From Eledone cirrhosa (taxonomy: Eukaryota): a stretch of 64,000 bases of DNA. Where the stretch lies: NCBI GenBank assembly GCA_964016885.1, contig OZ024741.1, positions 165,664,001 to 165,728,000 of the forward strand, in the 5' to 3' direction. The position numbers were made by a program, and so were the translations under genes. This document shows positions 1-9,764 of this stretch, one piece after another. Each line of letters begins with the position of its first letter. The first letter of the stretch is position 1. Below the pieces are notes generated by a model. The model did not search any database and was not told the origin of the DNA. It worked only from the letters and a program-made list of their open reading frames with translations.

Positions 1-431
1 CTCTACCCAGTTTCACACAGGGTTCAATTTCACCTGAAGCAATGGTAAAAACAAACACTTGCCCAAGATGCCACACAGTGAAATCAAACCTGGAGCCTCA
101 TGATTGTGAAGTCGACTACATAACCACTCAGCCATGTCTGCATCCTTCTTGTTTTACCATAACAAATATATGGTACAATTTTCTATTATTTTAACTTAGT
201 AGTAGATATATTAGAGGCCATGTATAAAAATAAATATCGAGAAAAACCGGTTGGTGTAGTTCCCAGTTACTGTTAACAGACATGTCATTATATGAAACAA
301 AGGAACAAAAGATGACAATACAGATGCAATATTATATGGAATTGTTTAAAATTATCAAATTAATGTTATTGTTTCTTCTAAATTTATTTTCTGATAACTG
401 TTACAGCAATTAGAGACAAGGTATAGAGTGA

Positions 432-434
<3 letters not shown>

Positions 435-495
<61 letters not shown>

Positions 496-503
496 ATATT
501 ATA

Positions 504-597
<94 letters not shown>

Positions 598-610
598 ATA
601 TATTTATATA
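435..610. repeat. (TA)n microsatellite, representative of many
   Basis: Others at 1812-2028, 2400-2466, 29883-30300, 32270-32535, 32739-32828, 34640-34785, 35132-35533, 41627-42102, 42419-42575, 46190-46690, 54308-54680, 55759-56009, 56507-56888 and 58910-58988. Confidence 0.98.
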
Positions 611-1085
611 TGCAAAAGTTTTATTTAAAATTGTTGGGTTACAACGAGTAAATATTTTATAACTGATATAAAGCACTCAACAAGTTTTGGAGTAGATATA
701 CGATATTAAACAAATGGAAACTATATTTATAAAACCATATTTATTTCATTATACATATTTCAGGGATACCATATTAAAAATATGGCATGCCTTCTTCAGA
801 TAAAATACAATATATAAGCAGTTTTATAAATAAATTTGACGTACCATAAAATATTGATCAACTTCCATTTAAAAAAGTTGGTTTGGTAGTCCATATATTT
901 AATATTTAATACATTAACAGAGAAAGCTTTAAGCAATACTCCGACCGGCTTCCGTCTCACTCAACAAACATTAGGATATACCTTAGTATAATCCAAATTA
1001 TACGTATGGGGTGTTAACTATACGTATTTTGCAGATAACCAGTTGTATTATTTTATATGAGACATATTTAAAATACATCTCTCTT

Positions 1086-1207
1086 TCCAAACGATCGTTT
1101 CATTATAAGTTTTCTACAAATTGGGAAAATAATGTCCTGGTTATGTAGAAGCCTACACATAGTCCGTAGGAATATATGTAGGTGGGCACTTATAAATCAT
1201 CAGTGGA
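1086..1207 (-). ncRNA. Type I hammerhead ribozyme motif (Penelope-type, long stem II)
   Basis: tcca-CTGATGA-t-ttataag...cttataa-t-GAAAC-GATC-GTT-tgga: stem I tcca/tgga, palindromic stem III ACGATCGT, GUU cleavage triplet. Confidence 0.75.
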
Positions 1208-1655
1208 TGTCCGACAAATATCGATATAAAAAAAACCTTACCGATATTAATGTCCAGCGATGGTACCCCTCCATATTTTATTACATATATTTACCCAAAC
1301 TGCGATTCTGTGTTTTTCTCTCTCTCTCTCTTACTGTTCCCTCATTCTCTCTGTTTCTCCTACTTTCTTTCGCCCCCTCTGTCATGTCAGTTAGCTCTTC
1401 CTCACACTTTCACTCACTCACTGTTTCTCCTCTCTTCGCTTCATCCTGTACACGACGAAAGCTATATTTTTCTCTCTTCTCACATGGCCCTCGTTCGTGT
1501 CAGGTCTTTTATCTAAAGCGCTCATATATTCACCTATCATCATCATCATCATCAGCTTATGCTAAACAGAATAATTATGAAGCTTGTTTCATTCCCCTAC
1601 GGTTAGCTATACTCTTTGTTGTTCTCCTGTCTCACTCGCTTTACGCGTTTTAATT

Positions 1656-1756
1656 GTCCTAATAACTTATTTTAGTTATTATTGCACCGACGTGAGGTAT
1701 ATGATTTTTAATGCAATGAAATATCTATGATCGTCGGCAAATCACTGATGAGGGAC
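1656..1756 (+). ncRNA. Permuted, pseudoknotted hammerhead-like RNA, copy 1
   Basis: Contains UA (ggtat-a), GAAA and CTGATGA in that order; helices gtcc/ggac, taataact/agttatta, ttgca/tgcaa, ccgacg/cgtcgg, ggtat/atatc, tgattt/aaatca; covaries with 60929-61030. Confidence 0.6.
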
Positions 1757-1812
1757 TCATTTTATTACATGTTATCCATGCGCTACCTGCAGTATTTTTC
1801 TCCATATTTTAT

Positions 1813-1845
<33 letters not shown>

Positions 1846-1958
1846 TTATATATATATATATTTATATATATATATTTATATATATATATTTATATATATA
1901 TATTTATATATATATATTTATATATATATATTTATATATATATATTTATATATATATA

Positions 1959-2019
<61 letters not shown>

Positions 2020-2029
2020 TATATATATA

Positions 2030-2176
2030 AATCGAAATGGATGCAGTAGAAACCAGTTAGACCATTACTCACCAGGGTATTCGATACTTGGGATAGTAGA
2101 GTGGGTAATATGAAGGATTTGGGTCTAGCTGTTGAAATGGCAGGAGCTCAGCTGTCAGGGCCCTGAATCCTTCATA
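2030..2176. mobile_element. Short Penelope-like fold-back insert in (TA)n, related to 40594-40811
   Basis: Tail homologous to 40734-40811 (reverse complement) and 62547-62627; short inverted arms atatgaaggatt/aatccttcatat; carries the GAAA...GTC 3' half of a hammerhead. Confidence 0.6.
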
Positions 2177-2254
2177 TATATATATATAGGTGGGGGGGAT
2201 ATGTATCGTGTGTGAAGTTACATTTAGATATAAAAAATATTTATTGTGTATCGA

Positions 2255-2344
2255 CCTGTTATGCGTATTTCACAGAGGATTGGCTCTAAGTAACCCATAG
2301 GAGTTATGGACCCGACTCCAGTATCAATCTGTTCATCAGACTGG
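2255..2344 (-). ncRNA. Type I hammerhead motif, slightly decayed
   Basis: ccagt-CTGATGA-acaga...tctgt-GAAA-tacgca-TA-acagg, within a TA-bounded insert of about 2189-2400. Confidence 0.6.
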
Positions 2345-2398
2345 TGATGTGACAAAAAAAATATATTTCTGTTGTGGCATGTGAGATGTACTACCCAC

Positions 2399-2466
<68 letters not shown>

Positions 2467-2732
2467 CAGTCGAGTCCGTTAAGAGTATACCCTCGGGAAT
2501 GGAAAATAGTATACTCTTTACCGGACTATACTCTTATCCGGACTAAGTAAAAATATTCCATAGTATTATTATTTTGAGTCTTTCAATGATTAAAAATCGC
2601 TTTATTATCGTTTAAAATGCATTTATAAGTAAAAAAAAAATGAAAGTTACACCAAAAAATTCAACAAGAATTATTGCAAATTATAGATAAATTAAGCAGT
2701 ATTTCAACATATTGGTATGCAATTTTTATTTC

Positions 2733-4294
2733 TTAAAAATAGTCCAAAATGCTTTTTTGCACTCGATTGCTCGCGATGTTTTTTTCAATCAAAACCTCAA
2801 TCTCAGACATAGTATAATTTTCAAAAGATTGCATCATATAGGACCGTACAGTCAACAAAGCATTTATTCCTTCTCTTCCAGAGATCTAAAATATTGATAA
2901 ATGATTAAACTTATGTTAGGTACCTATGGACATTCATATTATAAATATAAAAATAATACATACTAACCTTTCTAGTTAATTCGATTTCAATATAATCTAC
3001 TTCTTCCTCCTCTTCTATTATCATGCACTCGTTTTGAACTTCCAAACCTATTTCAGCATCAGTTAAATCACCATAGCACGGCTCGCTGACATCACAATCG
3101 GTGAATTCGGGTTCCAATTGAGGAATATAGGCATCATCACTTTCAATTAATAGTACATCGTTCAACTCGACTTCAATTTCATTGTGAAAACCCGCTTTTT
3201 TAAAGCAATTGACAATCGTCGTGGGTTTGAGAAGAAAAAGAGAGCGCTTCAACATTTGCATAGACAAAAGAACATGAACAGACTTTTCAAATTCAGTTAC
3301 GCTCTTCCCATTTTCTATTGTCACCAATAACTTTCGCACAATTTGTGTACGATAATGCACTTTCACGGCACGTATTATACCCTTATCAAGGGGTTGAATT
3401 AATGAGGTTGTATTTGGAGGTAAAAATACGATTTTTACGTTTTCAAAATGATTTTCAATTTTATGACAGCTTGCATTGTCTGCAAAAATAATGACTTGTC
3501 GTTTTTGGCCACGCATTTTTTTGTCAAATTGTGCAATAATTTCCAGCCAAACGTTTTTCGTCATCCATGCTTTTGAATTACTTTAATATGTTAGAGGTGC
3601 TTTATTATTCAGCATACAATGAGGTCGTTGAAATTTTCCTATGACAAACGCGTGTTTTTCAGTTCCATTGGAATTGACTGCTAAGAGAATGGTGAATCTG
3701 TCTTTTGTAGTTTTTCTACCCGTTGGATTTGTTCCAGAGACAGCTAGTGTACCAGATGGAAGTGCTTTAAAAAAAAGACCAGATTCATCGAAATTATACA
3801 CATCCTTTGGTGAATAGCCGTCAATTTCCTTGGTATAAATTATTTCTATCCAATGTTTAGCACTTAAGTGATCAGCAACAGCTCTTTCACCATGCACTTT
3901 CATGAATTTTATATTTTCACGCTTTTTAAGTCTCTCTAACCAACCATGAGATGGTTTAAAATCGGGAATTCCCAAAGTTTGTGCAAATATTTTTGCATTA
4001 TCAAGCATCATAGGGCCATTGATCGGAACATTTTGACTTCTCATTTGATGAAACCATATTATGAGTGCATCTTCCAATCCTTGATGATCAACTGATCTTC
4101 TACGTTTTGCATCCAAATTCACATTTGATAGAGCCAATTTTCGATATTTTTTCTCGTATCTTTTTAATTCTGGAGATGGCTGCTTGACTGCAATTGAATT
4201 TATTTGACAATTCATTTTGTAACTTGGCGGATTTCAATTAATCCAAAATAGCAATTTTGTGAGTAATAGATAAAGCAGAGCGTTTCAAGGACAT
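2733..4294 (-). pseudogene. Tigger/pogo transposase pseudogene (psq-like HTH, CENP-B HTH, DDE), two exons
   Basis: ATG at 4294 (MSLKRSALSITHKIAILD*), a frameshift near 4165, then FKPSHGWLERLKKR, YNFDESGLF, DNASCH, FLPPNTTSLIQPLDKGII; in-frame stop at 3583; intron 2886-2967; last exon ends QKSILDYF* at 2733. Confidence 0.9.
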
Positions 4295-4638
4295 TTTTAT
4301 GTTACTTTACCGTATTCAGTGATGTGGTTAGTGGGTCTGGTCACTACTTCTGATCTGATCCGAGAATAGCCCTTAAAAGGACTGTTATCGCATACGGTCT
4401 GATCGGATCTGAGGATAGCCGTTAAAAGGACTGTGTCACATATGGTAAGGATGAACTGACGAAGGAAGAAGTTGAACAGACGAGCAAGGCGAGAGGTGTA
4501 GTTTTCGATCAACTATTTTCATACATGAAGCAACGATACAGAGGTACAAGGCGTGTGTGAGTGACAAGTGTGTCAGAGGAGAGGAACAACGATACGCGAG
4601 CTGACCCTGCCAAAGGTCGACTGTGTTTGGAACCACTC

Positions 4639-4646
4639 TATTTATA
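4639..4646 (-). promoter_or_regulatory. Candidate TATA box of the transposase promoter
   Basis: TATAAATA on the minus strand just inside the TIR region, about 350 nt upstream of the transposase ATG. Confidence 0.3.
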
Positions 4647-5208
4647 CAAAAATTATATAGAAAATATATAAACGGGAATTGATTATGCTATACTCTTATG
4701 CGAACTATACTCTTATCCGATATACTCTTAGGTGGACCCATGCACTGTACAAAACATAGTACATAAATTCGGGAATTGATTATGCTATACTCTTAAGCGG
4801 ACTATACTCTTATCCGATATACTCTTAAGTGGACTCGACTATATAATGGTTTCTAATGTAGGCACAAGACCAGTCATGTGGTGAAAAAAAAAATTTGGTT
4901 ATATTGATTCCAGTACATGACTGGTATTATATTTTATCAACTCTGGAAGAATGAAAAGAAAAATTGACCTATAGAGGATTTGAACTTAGAACATAAAGCA
5001 TTGTAACTAAATGGTGCAAGGCACTTAGACCAATGCTCAAATGATTCTGTCAATCCACGTATTGTTGTCAAAGTGTAAAACTATTTTGAAAAGTAATCAT
5101 TCTTCCTAACATAAGAAGAAGGCCTCAAATTTACAGAATAAAATGAGAATGAAAACAATTTCAAATTTCAGTGCTATGAAGGTCCTCATCCGACATTTTA
5201 AATAGTAG

Positions 5209-5660
5209 CAATTACAGTGTGGACAAGTCATTTCAGCCATTTAAAAACACACAATGTCAACAGTTTTCATGTGTTTTTAAATGGCTAAAATGACTCTTCC
5301 ATGCAGTAATTGTTTTAGTTTAAACACATGGCCTCAGATCAAGTTACTTGCCAGACAAGTACTAAAATGACTCTTCCATGGTGTAATTGCTTTAGTTGCA
5401 ACATACGGTTTCAGATCAAGTCATTTGCTAGGCAAGTGCAACTGTGGATACAATGACTCTTCTATGGTGTAATTGCTTTAGTTTCAACATATGATCTCAA
5501 ATAAAGTCACTTGCCAGGCAAGTGCAACTGTGGCTAAAATGACTCTTCTATGGTGTAAATTGCTTTAGTTTCAACATATGATCTCAAATAAAGTCACTTG
5601 CCAGGCAAGTGCAACTGTGGCTAAAATGACTCTTCCACAACATAATTGCTTTAGCTCCAA
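5209..5660. repeat. Inverted repeat (5209-5312) leading into about 5 diverged tandem units of 80-87 bp
   Basis: Recurring ggctaaaatgactcttc...taattgctttagtttcaaca...aagtcacttgccaggcaagtgcaactgt; tcatttcagccatttaaaaacac pairs with gtgtttttaaatggctaaaatga. Confidence 0.8.
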
Positions 5661-5739
5661 CACACGGTATCACAAGAACAACTCCAAAATTTTAAAAAGA
5701 GCTTGATTAGAATTAGAAAATTAGAAAAATGTGACTCAC

Positions 5740-5801
5740 TTTCCTATAACTTCTTGTAAATCATAGATATTGCCAAATGGTACATCCTCGTCACTAGCCA
5801 T
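5740..5801 (-). CDS. CASK: First coding exon of CASK (calcium/calmodulin-dependent serine protein kinase, Lin-2 MAGUK); exon 5740-5809 includes 8 nt of 5' UTR
   Basis: Minus strand reads tgttgtttcag|ttaaaatcATG...GGAAA|gtgagt and translates to MASDEDVPFGNIYDLQEVIG(K), matching the CASK N-terminus (vertebrate [20 protein letters not shown]). Canonical acceptor and donor, with a phase-2 intron in the Lys codon as I recall for vertebrate CASK exon 1. Too short for the ORF track. Confidence 0.85.
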
Positions 5802-6008
5802 GATTTTAACTGAAACAACACAAGAAAAATTATTTTCAACAAATGAATCTTTGGAAGGTAAATTACTGAGCACAGAGTCATAATTTCAAACCTTGTCATG
5901 ATGTATCAGCATAAAGTTTCCATGGGTCAGAAACATGGATATTTGAATAACACAGTCATAAGTTTAAACCTTACTACAGAGTATTATTGTAAAGAGTCTT
6001 TAAAAAGA

Positions 6009-6200
6009 GGGGCGGTGAATTGGCAGTATCGGTAGAGGGTTGGACGCCATGCTTTCTAGCATAATTATGCCCCTTTACGGTCTGAGTTCAAATCCCATCG
6101 AGGTTAACTTTGCCTTTCATCATTATGGGGTTGATAAAATAAAGTACCAGTAATGTACTGGGTAATTGCTGGCCTTGTGCCAAAAGTAGAAACAATTATT
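6009..6200 (+). mobile_element. tRNA-derived SINE, family A, with target-site duplication
   Basis: Box A tggcagtatcgg, box B gagttcaaatccc, body gcctttcatc...gggttgataaaataaagtaccag, end gtgccaaaagtagaaacaattatt; attattgtaaagagtcttt duplicated at about 5983 and 6195. Confidence 0.9.
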
Positions 6201-6712
6201 GTAAAGAGTCTTTGAAGATGGATATTTGAACACAGTCATAAAGTCACACCTTATTACAATGTACCATGGTAAAGTGTCTTTGGGCCAGGAAGATGGATAT
6301 TTGAGCACACATTCATGAGTTCAACCCTTGCAACAGTGTATTATTGTAAAGTGTCATAAGAGCATCGGATGTGTTTTATGGCAGTTGTGGCCCTTTGCGT
6401 TCTGAGTTTGAATCTCGCCAACATTAGCTTTGTCTTTCATTCTTATGGGGGTCGATAAATTAAAGTATCAGTAATGCACTGGGGTAGATTTAATCGACTT
6501 TCCCCACCTAAAAAAATGTTCACTGGGCCAGAAACTTTACTTTATATTTATTTATTTATTTATTGTTGTCAAATGTTTCATGAAACTATCTGCAGACTGG
6601 TCACTGAAACTATTCCACTGCAACAGTAGGACTGTGTCAGTGATCAGCTCATTAACAAAGCTATGAACATTTTGACACCATAAAAATAAATGATAAATAT
6701 AAAATAAAATAT

Positions 6713-6890
6713 AATTGTTTCTACTTTTGGCACAAGGCCAGCAATTACCCAGTGCATTACTGGTACTTTATTTTATCGACCCCGTAAGGATGAAAGGTAA
6801 AGTTAACCTCGGCGGGATTTGAACTCAGAGCGTAAAGGGCCGTGACTCTATGCTGCAAAGCATGGTGTCCGACTCTCTACTGATACTGCC
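6713..6890 (-). mobile_element. SINE family A copy
   Basis: Reverse complement of 6009-6200. Confidence 0.9.
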
Positions 6891-8370
6891 ATATAATGTA
6901 AAGTAAACAGTTTTTGTCAGTTTTTAAATGACTAAAATGTTTTTTCTTCGCAGTAATTGTTAATTCTGATAAGGATTTCTGATACTGGCAAACAACCAAA
7001 AATGTTTTATGAAACCCCAACTAAGGGCAATTTGCTTGGCACTCAACTGATTCTACCATCTACTAGCCTAAACCATTTAACAAGCAAAAACAACATTATA
7101 TAAAGCAGATTTAGAAACAAAAGAATTACTAGAAATTACTTGACATGATATATGTGTTTTACAGTTGTCTAATTTCAGTTGCTAGATGATATAGTGTTTA
7201 AAAATGCTGGAAATAATTTTTGAAATTGAATGTTAAATGAAATTTTGTTAATTAATGATTAAGTGTAGAATTAATTTCATGATTAAAATATTTCCTTGAT
7301 AGTTGTAATTTTGTTCTAATGTTTCACCACAATTAATAGATGATGTTCACCCATAATTAAGAACTGATGTTCCACCCTTTAGAGAATATATTTACTCTTA
7401 ATTAAGAGAACTAGCTGAAATATGTACATCTGGTATGCATCTGGTGGTGTTACATTAATAAGTAGTTATGTTCACTTCTGTTGATTTTTGTTACTGACAA
7501 CAACAGCTGGATGTAGTATTAGGAAATCAGCCTTGTGGATTAACTTGGGGGTGGGTTCCCCAACCTTTTTCATCATCTTTAACCTGTGTCAACTTATCAA
7601 AAGGGAATTTTCCACAGCTCTGCTTTATTCAGTAATTTATTTGAGTTTATATCTCTACCATAAAACAGTAATTGACAACGGGGAAAATTTTTATTAAATG
7701 AGCTGGAATGGCTCTTCCGGTGCATCTGCCTCTCCATACTCTGGGGAAACACCTTCTCTATTCTGTCTAACGGGGCAGATAGCACATGAGCCCACATTTG
7801 CTTATAATAGTGAGAGACAAGGAGAACGGGAGAGATGGAGGTAGTGACAGTGGGAGCTTGGTTCCATTATGTTCGGACCTGAAGTATATGTATATATTTA
7901 TTTACCACACCACATATACATACATATATCATCATCACCGTTTTATGTCCATTTTCCACGCTAGCATGGGTTAGACAAATTGTCCTGTTGTGGGCAATGC
8001 TAGGTCGGTGACCATGTCTTGCTCATACAGAACTGATTTCGGCTTGATTTCTAGTTGGATGCCCTTCCTAATACCAACCTCATTTGTAGTGAGTACTGTG
8101 TGCTTTTTGTCGTGACACCTACATGACCACTTTACAGTGTGGGCTGGGCACTTTTTACTGTGTCATCACCACGACCACTTTATAGTGGGAGCATGTTGTC
8201 TATATGCATCATATACATCATATACACATCAGCACACATACATTACCACACACACACAAACATCACCAGACACACATCAGGACATATATATACATCATCA
8301 TCCCCACAACAACAACAACAACAACAACACTACTACCACCACCATCACCATTAACAACACCTCCCCATCT

Positions 8371-8403
<33 letters not shown>

Positions 8404-8571
8404 GCAGCAGCAACAACAACACTATCATCACCACTGCTACTACCACCATCACCACTACCACCACTATCATCAGGAATGATATATTAGACACTGTCATCTT
8501 GGGATTACCCTAAAAAGACGAGATAGTCATGGCTGAAGAAAGGATTCAGACACATATGAGTGTACATACAC

Positions 8572-9203
8572 ATCATCATCATTTTAAGTCCGCTCTTCCC
8601 TGCTCGCAAGGGTGGGACGGGTCTTATTCAGCACAGCATCTCTCCACTCGTCACGGTCCTTCGTCATCTCCACCGTGAGCTTCAACGTCCTGAGGTCTGC
8701 TCTCACCACCTCCGCCCATGTTTTTCGTGGTCTACCTCTACCACGTCTTCCTTCAACTGGCATTTCCTGGCACTTCTTCACCCATCGGTCATCCTCCATA
8801 CGCATCACATGTCCATACCACCTCAGTCTCCTCTCCCGTACACTACATTATATCCCTCTCAGACACAGTTTCTCTCTCAACACATTCATGCTGGGTCGTT
8901 CACGCACATTTACACTGCACATCCAACGGAGCATGCTTGCCTCATTTCTCTCCAGCCGTCGCATATCCTCTGCAGTTGCTGCCCATGTCTCACTACCATG
9001 TAGCATCGCGCTCCTCACACAGGTATCATATAACCGGCCTTTCGTACGCAGGGAGAAACCCTTCTTCGTCAGCAGAGGAAGCAGCTCCCTAAACTTCTTC
9101 CAACCCGTCCTTATTTTAGATACTATGGCCTCGGAACACCCTCCTCCCAAACTAATCTGATCTCCTAGGTACCAGAAGCTATCCACCACTTCTATAGCAT
9201 GCA
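8572..9203 (-). mobile_element. RTE-clade LINE, 5'-truncated 3' end
   Basis: EVVDSFWYLGD...KGRLYDTCVRSAMLHGSETW...GRGRPRKTW...; (GAT)n tail. Confidence 0.92.
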
Positions 9204-9397
9204 TACAAATTTGTACAGTCATGCACACACACAAACAATATAAAATATACAGACATATTCACACACATACATACGTACACATGTACACACTCAAAAACGA
9301 CATACAAATTCAAACACACACACAGACATATATTCCTGCACGCATCAAGAATACACAACACACAAACACACACACACACACACACACACAGAAGCAA

Positions 9398-9545
9398 TAA
9401 TTGTTTCTATTTTTGGCACAAGGCCAGCAAATATCCAGTACATTACTGGTACTTTATTTTATCGACCCTGTAAGATCATAAAGGGATGTAACTCTATGCT
9501 TCAAAGCATGGTGTCTGACTCTCTACCGATACTGCCAATCCACCA
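9398..9545 (-). mobile_element. SINE family A copy with internal deletion
   Basis: Same ends as family A; box B region missing. Confidence 0.8.
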
Positions 9546-9764
9546 CACCCATGTAATACACTCCATCAGTACACAAATAACATCACTCATTACACACTTA
9601 GACTCTCCACCTCAGCCCATCCCACTACTGGACTACTCACCCCCACCCCCCCTCCCAGCTCTCTGAACTCTCCATTTCCTGAAAAAGGACTTATGTCTGA
9701 AACATAGAAACCCTCATTTACTTCTCAATAAAACTTTGTGTTATTGCATTGTCTATTCTTGAAG

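Larger units (their letters stand above)
2467..4841 (-). mobile_element. Full-length pogo/Tigger-family DNA transposon (about 2.37 kb)
   Basis: TIRs cagtcgagtccgttaagagtata and tatactcttaagtggactcgact(a), flanked by TA; repeated subterminal tatactctta motifs at both ends; encodes a CENP-B/DDE_1-type transposase. Confidence 0.95.

Noticed and set aside
6565-6660. Possible hammerhead on the minus strand
   Set aside because: The core reads TTAATGA rather than CTGATGA and the stems are weak; too decayed to call.
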